A DNA stretch of 64,000 nt from Eledone cirrhosa (lineage: Eukaryota): assembly GCA_964016885.1 (NCBI GenBank), contig OZ024747.1:7998001-8062000 (forward strand), in the 5' to 3' direction. The first letter of the stretch is position 1. Every line of letters begins with the position of its first letter. The translations under genes were made by a program, and so were the position numbers. The notes beneath the pieces are model-generated. The model did no database searches. It was not told where the DNA came from and saw only the letters and a list, made by a program, of their open reading frames with translations. Positions 13,662 through 28,244 of the stretch are shown here, piece after piece.

Positions 13662-13960
13662 TTAACCCTTTAGCATTTACATTACTCTATATATACTATT
13701 ATATTTTCACGGTAGAGGCTTTACCTCACATAATATCAAATCTATGAGATCTTGATATTATTTAATTTGAGAACAAAAGCTCAACGTCTGTATGAGTGGC
13801 CAGTTATGGCCAGTTTGAACAGAATGAGGTGAGAGAATTCTGGCCAAATATGGCCAGTTTTAATGCTATGACAGAGATTTTAGATAAATATAAATACTTT
13901 AACAGTTTAGTATCATAGAACTAGAGGCTGTTTCAGGCAGCTTGGTATGAAAAGGGTTAA
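13662..13960 (+). mobile_element. piggyBac-like MITE (TTAA-CCC termini), composite right end
   Basis: Starts TTAACCCTTTAGCATTTACATTAC, ends AAAAGGGTTAA. Confidence 0.7.
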
Positions 13961-14629
13961 CAAACAGTTGAAATAAATGAAGTGTTTCTAAATATTAAAC
14001 TGTAAGGATTATAGTCTTATGGAAAATGGAATGGACTGCTGATGGTTTCAAAGAGTGTACCAGTTGTCTGATCAATGGTGCAGCCTGCTCATGAAATTAA
14101 TGCACAAGTGGTTGAGCATTCTAAGGGAGATTCACTTTGACACAGCATGTAACATGGCTAGCCCATTGAATTACATGTATAGTCTAACAGGCCTCTAAAC
14201 AGTTTCTGTCTACCAAATTTCACTGACAAGGCATGGGCCAGTCAAAGGCTATGGTAAATAACACTTGCCAAAGATGCCACCTGAAGTGGGGGGGGGGGGG
14301 GAGAATTGAACCTGGGTAGGACCTAACAATTGTGAAGCAAACTCCTTAATCATTTGGACATGCTGTATTCCCTTATGAGAAATAACATATGTTGGAATAA
14401 CGGGGTGGGTGATGATGGTGGAGAAGAGATTATGGATAAATAAATAGAAATTCTATTTTGCAATGGAATGGTGTTTCTATACTAATCAAAGAACCAGAAA
14501 GAAACTCAGGAAAATCAACGAAGCTATTTGTATGCTTAGCACTAACTGGAAGGAGAATCAATAGAATCTGAGAAGATTTTAGGATTTCACAACAGTATGG
14601 CTGCCTTTACCGAATTGGGTGTCAATATT

Positions 14630-14740
14630 CTTCTACTCTTTTATTGGTTTCAGTCAATGGACTGCGGCCATGCTGGAGCCCCACATCGAAGGGATTTTAG
14701 GTGATCATATTGACCCCCCAGTACTTATTCTTTCAAGTCT
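14630..14740 (-). mobile_element. SINE 3' portion (family with CCAGCATGGCCGCAGTCCA tail); related piece at 25205-25315 plus
   Basis: Shared CCCCAGCATGGCYGCAGTCYAATGACT tail between the two loci. Confidence 0.55.
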
Positions 14741-14885
14741 CTAAGGATCAATTTCTATTTTTTTTTTTTGAACTGGGAAGTTAAGTTAAGGAATATAATG
14801 TAACACAACATTAACTCAACACCACATCTCCTTTATCAACATAATGTAGACATACACATGCAAATACACACATACACATATACAC

Positions 14886-14916
<31 letters not shown>

Positions 14917-15091
14917 TGTATGTATGTATGTATGTATATATGCCTGCATTTCTGTGTTTGGAGAGTGTGGAAGGAGCCATAACTATATGCTACAAAGCAT
15001 ATTGCCAATGCTATACCAATACTGCCAATCCACTGGCCATATTAATAATAACAATAATAACAACAACAACAACAACAAAAACAACAACATC

Positions 15092-15125
<34 letters not shown>

Positions 15126-15672
15126 TAGAAGGTTCTATGAGAGTCACACCTCATACTGTATATATATGAATAAGTTTGTTGAAGTTTCCTTTATAGCTAA
15201 GCCTATAAATAACAGAGCAGTTATCAGCTAGGAATCAGATGGCGTATGACTGGTATCTGTATAAAAGTAAAGATTCTATGCTAAGAGCATTATCTATTGG
15301 ATAAATCAATCAGAGGATGACAAATGTTTGGATAAAATGTTGTGATGTACAAAGAGAAACGTGAACCAAAGTAATTCAATAACTAGAAAGGAGAAATGTA
15401 ATTTGTCAAGTTTTTCCAATTTAAACAAACATTAAAAAGTAAATCACCTAAAACTGCTTCTAGTTTTACTATATCAATCTGTTTATTTTGAAATGTACAT
15501 TGTACTTTTATCCTAGTTTTATGTAAGAACCTTTGTTACATATATATACAATATATATATATATTAATTTTAGTACAGATTAAAGTTTAAGCTCTTCGGG
15601 TTTATATATACTTTTATATATACAATCTTTATTGAGCCCTCTTTCGATTTTGGTCTATGTATTTATTATTAC

Positions 15673-15702
<30 letters not shown>

Positions 15703-15706
<4 letters not shown>

Positions 15707-15925
15707 AAAAGGTAAACAGAAATAACAACACAATCGGTACAGTATATGGAAAGAATATATTAGGTTAACGCTTGAAATAGCAGGAAGAGGGTCTTAATAT
15801 TTCGGACGCTAGTTCCTCATCAGAAGAAAGAATGAGAAATAAGATAGATTGAGGGGACGGGCAGGGTGGAATTGGAAAAAATGTCTTTAGATAAAAATAA
15901 CAGGTTCATTCATGTTGACATTGCT
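15703..15925 (-). mobile_element. Second H1 Penelope-like pLTR copy with hammerhead at 15792-15827
   Basis: Reverse complement reads TCTT-CTGATGA-GGAAC-TAGC-GTCC-GAAA-TATT-AAGA. Confidence 0.7.
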
Positions 15926-16557
15926 TGGAAAACTGTTGGTGCTGGCGTTTTGTGTATGATTATATATATCTGTTTAATGCAGACATAAATCATATTTAGA
16001 ACTCAATGCAATATTATGGTACCAAAGTGAATGAAGCTATGTTAACACAAGAGATGGAAGATGACAGCTACCTGGTATAAGGTTGGATTGGAGAGTAGAG
16101 AGAGAGTGTTTCATTTTATTTCACATGTGGCCCAACTTAAAACCATTCCCAATTACATAACAATTATGCAATGTTAGCATTCAACTCCTTAGGTCACAGT
16201 CTTCTCAGATAAGAATAAACATTGACTTTTAAAATTACTTTATGATTTTAAGGAAAGTAGCTCATTTTATATGATCTCAGTCTGTGATCCCATATAACAA
16301 AGAAGAAACAGGTAAAATAAACAATAGTAGAAGTCAAGGATTTGTAAACTAAACATAAAGGAAAAAATATTGAGAATAGAATGAAATGAAAAATAAAAAA
16401 TAAAAATAAAACTAGAAATAAAGAATAAAAAATAAAAGTAAGAAATAAAAAAATAAGATATAATAATATTAACAGTCATTTAGAACATGAAAACATACAA
16501 AGTAGATTAACATAGATAGACAAATAGATAGAAGGTTAAATGAACACACACACAGAC

Positions 16558-16604
<47 letters not shown>

Positions 16605-16812
16605 CAAACCCATGCTAGCGTGGAAGATGGACGTTAAACGATGATGATGAATGATGATGATATACATATATATAACCTTATTATGTAAGAAGGTGTCTGA
16701 TGATGTCACGGCACTGGGTACACAGAATCGTGTGGTCACTGTTGTCATTGAAATATGTATCACAGTATTACCAATAAAGGACTTTAACATCTGATACTAC
16801 TTTGCATTTTCT

Positions 16813-16914
<102 letters not shown>

Positions 16915-16929
16915 ATATATATATATATA

Positions 16930-17631
<702 letters not shown>

Positions 17632-18338
17632 TGAATGTAAAATCATGTATAAATCAATGCTGAGATTAGAAGTAACAAAAAAATGGACAAAAAAAAAGAA
17701 TAACAAATAAAAAGAAAAGGTTATAAAATAAGGATAGGAAGTGAAAGATGAAAGATATAAAACAAAAAAAAATAAAAAATAGGGAAGATTAAGGAAACAA
17801 GTAGAAAATAAAATGTAAAAATATAAAATAAAACCCCAAATGTAAAAATGATATAAGTAAAGGCTAGTGGTGTTAAAATAGTAGCTTGGGGTGAAAGAGA
17901 TGGGGTATAGATGAGGTGATAAAAAATAAAATAAGGTTAGCCACAAAATGCCAACTCCACGGTTCTCCGAGCCTTTATTATATTCGTAATGAATTACTGA
18001 ACTATCAAGAACAGCAGAAATATACATAAGAAAACAGCAGATGATCCGCCACCAGCCACACAAATATTTCTGTTTCAAGTATCCTATTACATCAGCTATA
18101 CTCAACACCTCATTAATTCCATAATAATTAAGTTTTGTTACGCCTTTTTCTTTGTCTAACCATATTATGTACAAACACATATCTCATAATGTTCTTTACA
18201 AATAACCTTTCTTATACTACAGAAACAATCCTACAACATGATTAGAATGATAACAAAAGCAATATAAAGAGCAATAATAAAAGGCTGAGAAAGTCAAATA
18301 TTAGTAAAATACTTCTAACTGTAAACTTACATCTAAGG

Positions 18339-18663
18339 CAGTGGTTCCCAACCTTTTGTGCATCATGACCCACCTCAACATCTCAAAAATTGTTATGCCC
18401 CCACCCACCTTTGGTATAAAAACAGCAATGATCAACTGCAAAGTGTTAACAAATTGGCTTATAGGTGGTGCCAGATGCACAATAATGTGTGGCGGAGGTG
18501 AAACAGGGGTTTCCAACAGTAATGTGTACCAAGGTTGCCTTTGTGTTAAAGTAATAAGGTAAAACTTGAAGTTTGTTCTTATTAACACCATTTTCAAATT
18601 GACCTCCCTTAAATATTCAAACTACCTCTCTGAGCGGCATGCACGCCGGGTCGGGAATCACTG
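18339..18663. mobile_element. hAT (Charlie/MER5-like) MITE
   Basis: TIRs CAGTGGTTCCCAACC / GGTCGGGAATCACTG; imperfect 8-bp TSD ATCTAAGG / ATCTGAAG. Confidence 0.75.
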
Positions 18664-18769
18664 ATCTGAAGTTTAAGAATTGAGTGAAGAACATAGAAGT
18701 TTACCACTGTGGTTAATTGATAAACTAATCTGTTGAAACTAAATCAAGTTTGCTCTCTCTAACTTGAGC

Positions 18770-19040
18770 AGGTATGTGGCCTAGTGGTGAAGGTGTTGGA
18801 CTTATCATAATGTTGTGGGTTTGATTCCTGAACTGGATTGTGTGTTGTATTCTTGAGCAAAACACTTCATTTACATTGCTCTAGTATACACAGCTGAAAA
18901 TGAGTATCAACACTAGCTAGAGGTTTAATTCTACAATGGATTGGCATCCTATCCAGGAGGGTCTTATACTCTTTATCACTTAACGTCATGTTGACTGGGA
19001 TAAGCACTATTCTGATGAGCCTCCAGGCCTGAGACAGACT
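18770..19040 (+). mobile_element. tRNA-derived SINE with V-domain-like core (family B, diverged)
   Basis: A-box TGGCCTAGTGG, B-box GGTTTGATTCC, CTTGAGCAAAACACTT, ATGGATTGGCATCCTATCCAGG; homologous to 40820-41093. Confidence 0.7.
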
Positions 19041-19149
19041 TCAGAGAGTTTAGACTCTCTAACTTGATCATTATATAGTGTGATGTGTAATTCTAAAAGT
19101 CTGCTCAAACATTTCTACCTCAATGATAGAGGCTTAGATGGTGTGGGAG

Positions 19150-19330
19150 AGGACTCTCTGGCATGCGGGACCTCAGGCACTGGCTGCCTCATGGTCCCAG
19201 CAGACAAAATGGAAGAAACATTGCTCTGGAGGATGGCAAGGGAGATATGTGTTGGAATAGCTATTCCAATTCCTGGGACTCACTCCTGCGGGTGGCTAAC
19301 TCCCCACCTCCCTGATAGTAGAAAGTAGGG
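19150..19330 (-). mobile_element. Possible CRE-clade non-LTR retrotransposon C-terminal relic
   Basis: Minus strand encodes LFQHISLAILQSNVSSIL, resembling the LFQRLSxAIQRGNAASIL motif. Confidence 0.4.
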
Positions 19331-19989
19331 AGGTGATTTGGCATGTGTGGGGGAGGTTAAAAATTATATTTAGCAAAACCAATTAAACAGTTTAGAGGAG
19401 GGGTTGCAATAGATGGTTGTTCACAATTTCAAGAGGATTTAGTGGATATGGAATTTGATGTCTTTGAGGCGATTCCTAAGGGAGGTAAGTGAGAAGATAA
19501 ATCAATAAATAGATAAAAGTAAATAAGCAAACAAACCATAAAAGGCAGGAGAGAAGATAGAGCTAGATCTAGGCAGAATAAAGGAGAGGAATGTCATTTA
19601 TCATGGCTATACATCAGATGACACACATTCACCAGAGCGTGAACAATTATTTATCATATATTTATTTATTGTTCATATTCCACTCATTTTGGATATATTG
19701 CTAGCTCAGTTAAGTTAGTCTTTCCACCCATGAATGGGTGTCGTTTGGGATCATGTGTGGGGACAATTGATAAACCGTTAAATGCAGAGATAGATCGAAA
19801 ATAAATAGATAAACTATTAAATTAGTAAATATACATGCTTCACGCTCCAATGGAATGATTGTGGCATTAAGTTTATAGATGCAAGATGTGAATGAGATAC
19901 AGTAATTACTGTTTCATTTAGCTTGTAAAGGCACAAAGTATAGAAAAATGATTTCTCATCTAGGCACAAGGCCTGCAATTTATGTATAC

Positions 19990-20982
19990 GGGTTAGTGGG
20001 TATTGGTGGGGTGGGGTGGATTAGTGGGTATTAGTGGGGTGGCTTAGTGGGTATTGGTGGGGTGGTGTGGGGTGGCTTAGTGGGTATTGGTGGGGTGGGG
20101 TGGCTTAGTGGGTATTGGTGGGGTGGTGTGGGGTGGCTTAGTGGGTATTGGTGGGGTGGGGTGGCTTAGTGGGTATTGGTGGGGTGGCTTAGTGGGTATT
20201 GGTGGGGTGGGGTGGCTTAGTGGGTATTGGTGGGGTGGCTTAGTGGGTATTGGTGGGGTGGCTTAGTGGGTATTGGTGGGGTGGCTTAGTGGGTATTGGT
20301 GGGGTGGTGTGGGGTGGCTTAGTGGGTATTGGTGGGGTGGGGTGGCTTAGTGGGTATTGGTGGGGTGGGGTGGGGTGGCTTAGTGGGTATTGGTGGGGTG
20401 GGGTGGCTTAGTGGGTATTGGTGGGGTGGTGTGGGGTGGCTTAGTGGGTATTGGTGGGGTGGGGTGGCTTAGTGGGTATTGGTGGGGTGGCTTAGTGGGT
20501 ATTGGTGGGGTGGCTTAGTGGGTATTGGTGGGGTGGCTTAGTGGGTATTGGTGGGGTGGTGTGGGGTGGCTTAGTGGGTATTGGTGGGGTGGGGTGGCTT
20601 AGTGGGTATTGGTGGGGTGGGGTGGGGTGGCTTAGTGGGTATTGGTGGGGTGGCTTAGTGGGTATTGGTGGGGTGGCTTAGTGGGTATTGGTGGGGTGGC
20701 TTAGTGGGTATTGGTGGGGTGGTGTGGGGTGGCTTAGTGGGTATTGGTGGGGTGGGGTGGCTTAGTGGGTATTGGTGGGGTGGGGTGGGGTGGCTTAGTG
20801 GGTATTGGTGGGGTGGCTTAGTGGGTATTGGTGGGGTGGCTTAGTGGGTATTGGTGGGGTGGCTTAGTGGGTATTGGTGGGGTGGTGTGGGGTGGCTTAG
20901 TGGGTATTGGTGGGGTGGGGTGGGGTGGCTTAGTGGGTATTGGTGGGGTGGGGTGGGGTGGCTTAGTGGGTACTGGTGGGGG
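19990..20982. repeat. G-rich minisatellite (23/28/33-bp units) expanded inside a family-A-like SINE
   Basis: GGCTTAGTGGGTATTGGTGGGGT(+GGGGT or GGTGTGGGGT); SINE tail at ~19950-19985 and SINE body at ~20983-21100. Confidence 0.9.
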
Positions 20983-21509
20983 TCGATTATATTGACTCTG
21001 GTATTTGACTGGTACTTTTATTTTTTCAACCTCGGGAAGGATGAGAGGCAATGTTTCCCTCGGCAGGATTTAAACTCAGAATGCTGAAAGTCACAACTAA
21101 ATGCCTACAAATTATTTTTTATCTAATAGAGAAGAACTAGAATGTAGTTATGGAACAATGTAGTATTGTTAATATGAGGCATTGTGAGATATGTAATAAA
21201 AGACCAATAAGTTTCAAAAAGCCGGTACAATGTAGTAGAAATATATAAAGGGTAAATGATGACAAAGAAAACAAAGTAAAGTATTGTTTTACCCAATATA
21301 TTTTAACATGATATTTCAGGGCTATTACCCTCTTTTCAAATGTGAAATATATTGGGTAAAACATTACTTTGTTTTGTTTTATTTGTCATCCTTTGTCCTT
21401 TATGTATTTCTACGGCATTGAAATAACTGGCTTTCTGAAACTAATCAATCTTTTATAGTTATGGGCCATAATATGATATAATATAGTGCACAATATATGA
21501 TAGGATTTG

Positions 21510-21830
21510 AAGGCACATGGCTTAGTGGTTAGAGTTTTGGGCTCACAATCATAAGGTTGTGAGTTCAAATCCCAGACCAGGTGCTGCATTGTGTCCTTCA
21601 GCAAAACACTTTATTTCACGTTGCTCAGCTGTAGAAATGAGTTGCAATGTCACTGGTGCTAAGCTGTATCAGCTATTGTCTTAACCTTGGACAACATCGA
21701 TGACGTGGAGAGGGAAAACTGATATACATGGGCGACTGCTGGTCTTCCACAAACCTTGCCCAAGCTTCTGCCTCAGAAGGAAACTTTCTAGGTGCAAATC
21801 TATGGTCTTTTGTAACTGAAGGGGTCCTCT
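21510..21830 (+). mobile_element. tRNA-derived SINE (family C)
   Basis: TGGCTTAGTGGTTAGAG, GAGTTCAAATCCC, GTGTCCTTCAGCAAAACACTT; body shared with 53260-53725. Confidence 0.8.
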
Positions 21831-22489
21831 TATATAACAGGATAAAGTGTTAAGGTGTCATCTAATTCAACCAATCACTACATAACTACATATGGTAGAA
21901 CATAATTTGAATTGCAAGGTATTAACAATTTACAGAACAGAGATTATGGAATTAACAGTATAGAGGCAGCACGTGATACACCATATGCAAAACTATCCCT
22001 GTTTAGTTCTACATGGATACCCGAAGAGATCTTTATGGAGATATACATGTTCAAGGCCTGATTGTGTTTAGCTGGATGGATGCCACACCTACACGGATGT
22101 GCCAATTTGTAAAGATATACATGTGTGATTAACACCAACTACAAAGAGCATAAAATTTATTATAAAAATCATAAAAATCATTAAAAATTATCAATTATTA
22201 TCAATTTATAATTATAAAGAATATGAAATAAGTTTTCAAATAAGATATAAGATAAAAGGATATAAATGTAAAATATAAAATGTATATGATGTGAAATATA
22301 ACGAAGGTGTATATGGAAAGTAATGTGTAATAAAACAATAGATAAACTGGATGAAGAGTTGGGAGATAAAATATAGAGAGATAGATAGACTGAAGTGTAA
22401 AATAAATATAAATAATTGAATTAATGACAAATATATATATATATATATATACACACACATTATATATATATATTATATATAGTAATAAT

Positions 22490-22673
22490 TGTTTCTACTT
22501 TAGGCACAAGGCCAGCAATTACCCAGTGCATTACTGGTACTTTATTTTATCGACCCCGTAAGGATGAAAGGCAAAGTCAACCTCGGCAGGATTTGAACTC
22601 AGATCGTAAAGGAACGTAACTTTGCTGGAAAGCATGGCGTCCGACCCTCTACCGATACTGCCAATCCACCGCC
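22490..22673 (-). mobile_element. Full-length family-A SINE
   Basis: Near-identical to 1591-1773; ~21-bp TSD TATATTATATATAGTAATAAT at 22469-22489 and 22675-22695. Confidence 0.9.
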
Positions 22674-22722
22674 CTATATTATATATAGTAATAATAATAA
22701 ATGTGAAGACTAAAATATAATA

Positions 22723-22799
<77 letters not shown>

Positions 22800-23299
22800 G
22801 TATATATATATATATGTATATATGTGTGTGTATATATATGTGTGTGTGTATGTGTGCACATTTATATATGTTTATATACATTCATTACACAGATATATAT
22901 ATATTTATACACACACATGTATATACATACACACACACATATATATATATATAATAAAACAATAGATAAAAATGAGATGATACTGATGAAGAGCAAGGAA
23001 GGAGATAGATATAGTGTAAATATAAATTAAAATAAATATAAATAATTTAAAACTACTGAAATAATTTGTATTTAATTAATGATAATACGTGACTCACTTA
23101 GACATAAAGTTACCAATTTATATGTCTCCTTGACACGTTTAATAGGGAAGTAACTAGGCAATTCTGCTCTAGATCCTTCATTTGATTAATTTGGTTTGTC
23201 ACGTTTATACTAGATCTTCTCGCTACTGCTAAAAAATATTATAGAATCTAATTTAATATTTACGTTAATACTTGAATTTAGGTATTTAGATATTTAGAT

Positions 23300-23735
23300 A
23301 TATGCTGGCATGAAGTTATGATGCATGTGTGTGAAGTGTAATGCTGCATGGTAGTGAAAAATGGGCTGTGATTGCAGAGGATATGTGTAGATTGGAGAGA
23401 AATGAAGCAACCATGCTCTGTCGGATGTGTAATGGAAGTGTGAAAGAGAGGCGGAGCTTGGATGAATTGAAGGGGAAACTGGATTTAAGAGGAATTTGAG
23501 GTATTGTGCTGGAAAGAAAACTGCATTAGTTTGGACATGCAATGACATGGACAATAATCGTTAGGTGAAGAAGTGCCAGGAAATGCCAGTAGAAGGAAGT
23601 CATAGTAGAGGTAGACCAAGAAAGACCTGGGCAGAGGTTGTGAGAGCTGACCCCAAATCACTGAAACTCACAGAGGAGATGACAAAGGATCGCAACAAGG
23701 GGAGAGATACTATGCTCAGAAGGACCTGTTCAAGC
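23300..23735 (+). mobile_element. Old RTE LINE ORF C-terminal relic
   Basis: VKKCQEMPVEGSHSRGRPRKTWAEVVRAD homologous to the end of the 50733-51839 ORF. Confidence 0.8.
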
Positions 23736-24087
23736 ATGGAAAAACATATAAAAAACACTAAAGACAGCAACAACAAAAAACAAACGATCCAAAGATTTGT
23801 GAGAAAGTCTGCATAATGATAGAGATAGAGTATGTTTTATTTCTTTTAAGGCTTAATCTAAGCAGAGACTCTGAATCACTGATTGTACAAATTAGACACA
23901 GCCATAATAAAAAATTTTCCAAGTACTGAAGAAATTCATTAATAATTTACAAAACCTTGCAATCAATCAAGGAAGGAAAGGAAAGACATACAGATCAATA
24001 TAATATATTAAGACAGTAGATAACTTTCCTTTTGAAAAAAAAAAAGAAATGATAACTAGTGTATTGTGACAATTCTAAAATCACAAT

Positions 24088-24890
24088 ACTAAACTATAGA
24101 GTACTAACAGCTATTAACTCTTAACATTGGAGTACTAACTATAGAGTACTAACAGCTATTAACTCTTAACATTGGAGTACTAACTATAGAGTACTAACAG
24201 CTATTAACTCTTAACATTGGAGTACTAACTATAGAGTACTAACAGCTATTAACTCTTAACATTGGAGTACTAACTATAGAGTACTAACAGCTATTAACTC
24301 TTAACATTGGAGTACTAACTATAGAGTACTAACAGCTATTAACTCTTAACATTGGAGTACTAACTATAGAGTACTAACAGCTATTAACTCTTAACATTGG
24401 AGTACTAACTATAGAGTACTAACAGCTATTAACTCTTAACATTGGAGTACTAACTATAGAGTACTAACAGCTATTAACTCTTAACATTGGAGTACTAACT
24501 ATAGAGTACTAACAGCTATTAACTCTTAACATTGGCGTACTAACTATAGAGTACTAACAGCTATTAACTCTTAACATTGGCGTACTAACTATAGAGTACT
24601 AACAGCTATTAACTCTTAACATTGGAGTACTAACTATAGAGTACTAACAGCTATTAACTCTTAACATTGGAGTACTAACTATAGAGTACTAACAGCTATT
24701 AACTCTTAACATTGGAGTACTAACTATAGAGTACTAACAGCTATTAACTCTTAACATTGGAGTACTAACTATAGAGTACTAACAGCTATTAACTCTTAAC
24801 ATTGGAGTACTAACTATAGAGTACTAACAGCTATTAACTCTTAACATTGGAGTACTAACTATAGAGTACTAACAACTATTAAATCTTAAC
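24088..24890. repeat. 45-bp tandem repeat, about 18 nearly identical copies
   Basis: ACTAACTATAGAGTACTAACAGCTATTAACTCTTAACATTGGAGT; printed lines recur every 180 bp. Confidence 0.97.
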
Positions 24891-25522
24891 ACGCTGTGAT
24901 GATTTAACAGTTGGTTTTGCCCATAAAATCATCTGTCCAGCAATTCTTTCCTCAGAACCATACCACATTGTCCTTTGCATGGGTTGACAAGGGACATGTT
25001 CAGGCCTTAGGTAGAGGGGCCTGTTTGAAAAATATATTGCAGCCTCCGTTTCATGCCGCAAAATTGGCGATGGGCCTACAACCTGTCCTGGAAGGCATGG
25101 CATGAATGCACAAAGATTGTGTATCCCAACACCTTCCGGAAGGGAGCAAACCATAACAATTGGAACTTTGTGGTTTGACAAATAGAAATCAATAAAATAA
25201 GTAACAGAGTTGAAAAAAATAAGTATTGGGGGTCAATGTGATAAGCTAACTCTCTTCAAGATGTTGCCCCAGCATGGCTGCAGTCTAATGACTAAAATCA
25301 GTAAAAGAATAAAAGAATGAATAAATGTGAGACTAACAAATTATACCTGAGAGGGAATATATCAATGAAGTAATGTCTGTTACTTCGGTTACTGGAATAC
25401 CAAGACTGAAAATAAACTGCAGACATTTGGTGTAAACTGGCATTGTTATTGGTGCACTGCCTTTTATTTCATAATGTGTGTGTGTGTATGGGGGGGTGCG
25501 TGTGTGTGGGTGTATGTGTGTG

Positions 25523-25572
<50 letters not shown>

Positions 25573-26266
25573 TGGGTATGTTTGTGTGTGTGTGTGAATG
25601 CATTACGAAAAAAAAGAACCAAAACAAAAACAAAAGAAATGAAAACAACAAAAAAAGAAAAGAAAGAAAAACAACAACAACAACAACAAAAGACTCAGAA
25701 AATTCTTCAAAGCAGATAAATTTTATTACAATTCTTTCTGCCCTCCACACATCAAAAGTTCCTGGTAGAAAATTGATGCACTACTAAACGAAACTAAAGA
25801 AGGATATTTTTTACCTGAAAAACAAAAACAAAAAACAAAAAAATACCCCAAAAAAACGAAACAAAAAAACCCCATACAAATCTGAAATAAAAAAATCAAA
25901 AAAGTTTACAAAAATATAACCAAATATATATATTTTTTATTATCCTTACTAATTTGGTTTTATGTCAGACTTGGAATGTTTTATCTCAGTAAGCTCTTTA
26001 AAGTTATCCCCCCCCCCCCCGCCATGTCTTCAAATGTTATATAATAAGATGATGGACTGTTATTTACTATTTTATTGTGTTTATAGAGTTGTAATAGTTT
26101 ATTGTTTTGGTATGGCTTTTCTGGTTGGATACCCTTCCTATCATAAATGATTTAAGAGTCCTTGCTATTCTGTATCAGTTTTATTCAGGGTAACTCCTCT
26201 CTTAGATGGTTTACAGGGTCCATGTCTTCCCTGTGAAATTATATCTATTCAGAGTGACCGCTCTCT

Positions 26267-26488
26267 TAACCCTTTAGCATTTAAATCGGCCGTATCTGGC
26301 CAGAATTCTCTCCTCTCTGTTCAAACTGGCTGTATCTAGTCATTCATACTGATGTTAAGGTATTGTTCTAAAATAAATAATATCAAAATCGCATAGATTC
26401 GATATTATGTGAGATATTATATGCGATAAAGCCTTTACTGTGAAAATACAATAGTAAATATAGAGTAATGTAAATGCTAAAGGGTTAA
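26267..26488 (-). mobile_element. piggyBac-like MITE, complete
   Basis: TTAA-CCCTTTAGCATTTA ... TAAATGCTAAAGGG-TTAA. Confidence 0.85.
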
Positions 26489-27594
26489 ATGGGTTGCCTT
26501 CACTATGGCCTACAGGGTCCATGTCTTCTCCGTGAAATTATATTTATTCAGAGTAACTGTTCTCTTAGATGGGTTGCCTCCATTATGGCTTACAGGGTCC
26601 ATTTCTTCATCAGGTGTTATATTTATTTGGAGCTACTTCTTTCCTAGATATGCTGCCTTTCCTGTTTTATTATATATCCATTTTCTATGCTGAACTTTTG
26701 TGAAGTGAATTATTTACATGGAACCTATATCTTGCTGTAGGATATAATTCTCTATAAACTATCACAATTACTTTATTTTACTTTATTTGGTATCTGATGC
26801 AGATCGATGGAATCTTACAAGATCACAGATCTAAACCTAGAAAGTTTCTCTCCAAGGCAAAAACCCAGGGAAAAATTTCTTTTGAGTGGAAGACCATCAG
26901 TCGCCCATGCATGAAAGTCTTTCCTTTTCACACCTCCAGTATTCAAGAATTAATATTTATTTATTTTAAACTTTATTGCATCAATGGAAGAGAGAAAAAT
27001 GAGAAAGAAAAACAGGTCAAAGAAAAATGAAATAATGAAAAAAAGGAGAGAGGGAAGAGAGGAAGCAAACTTTACACCCTGTGGCTGAAGCCATTTCCCC
27101 CAATATAACTTGTCACTATTATTATCACAAGGGAAGACAGAACTCTATTGACCAAAAGTGGTATCTCAAAGTCACATATCTGATGCTATAATAGTTCAAC
27201 CAATCTACTGCCCAGGATTAATACTTTATTTATCAAGAGGGGAAGAAAGATGAAGTTAACTTTGGTGAAATTTAACTATTTTTTTTCTGTATTTCTAATT
27301 AAATACACTAAAAATAATCAAGAATTTGGAGATTTAGTAATGTAACTAACTTTCCCATTATTAAGTTGGAACATAACTCAACGAAGGTTCTTACATAAAA
27401 TTATAATTGAAAATTTATAGATATATATAAACACTTTAAAATAAAGAACCAGGGGTGTTATCAAAATAGTTAAACTCAGAGAGAGCAGACAGTTGGAACA
27501 AATACCTTAAGTCATTTGTTCTGGCTCTGATGATTGACAATTTAATGTCTGAAATGTTCTATGATTTGTCAGGGATCTGGCAACTATTTTTAGC

Positions 27595-28244
27595 AGGGTT
27601 AGGGAACATGTGGCCCCAGAAACACATGCAGCTCTTTAGCCTATATTGAGTGGCTCTTAGCACACTGCAATTTTAATTTTTATTTATTAAATCTGCAATA
27701 TTGTATTAAAATAATAACCCCAACATTGAAGCAATTTCAGATAAGTTTCAAAGCCTAAAATCACATTACAGAAGAAAAAAGTTAGTTAAAATCATGTTTT
27801 CTTGTATTTTCGTTTGTAATAAACTTAATAGCTCTGATTATATCAATTACTTGCCGACCTATTGGATGCCTCATCATATAAGACACCCCTGGTTTTAAGA
27901 GAACATTTTGAGAAAAAAAGAAATTAGTACATTTCCTCATAAATTTATTCAAAATCATTTCATTGTTTTTTCAGAAACTCTTATATAAGGTTGACATCAT
28001 TTTGCTTATATAAATTGTATTGTATTACTGAATTAGTAATACTAATAGTAGTAAAACTAAATTTTTTTACCCATGATTGTCCTCACCCTCCATTCAGCCT
28101 CCCATCAGTGATACAGGTGTATTGGACACAGGGAAGAATTTTGATGTTTTTTTTTGGAAAAAAGTGTATCCAGTAAGCCGGAAAATATGGTATATTTTTT
28201 TTCTTCTAAAACTGGTTCTTCAGATTAAAATGTATCCCACACCT
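27595..28244. mobile_element. Probable hAT MITE with nested pogo/Tigger-like relic (~27849-28191)
   Basis: CAGGGTTAGGGAAC...CCCACACCTG outer ends; inner ATAAGACACCCC...AAGCCGGAAAATATGGTA. Confidence 0.35.

Noticed and set aside
19008-19040. CTGATGAGCC as a hammerhead core
   Set aside because: It is the SINE family B tail and has no GAAA after the hairpin
19990-20982. Interstitial telomeric repeat
   Set aside because: The unit contains TTAGTGGG, not tandem TTAGGG
21510-21585. tRNA genes at SINE heads (also 1591, 43999, 53260)
   Set aside because: A/B boxes are present, but there is no full cloverleaf and they continue into SINE bodies
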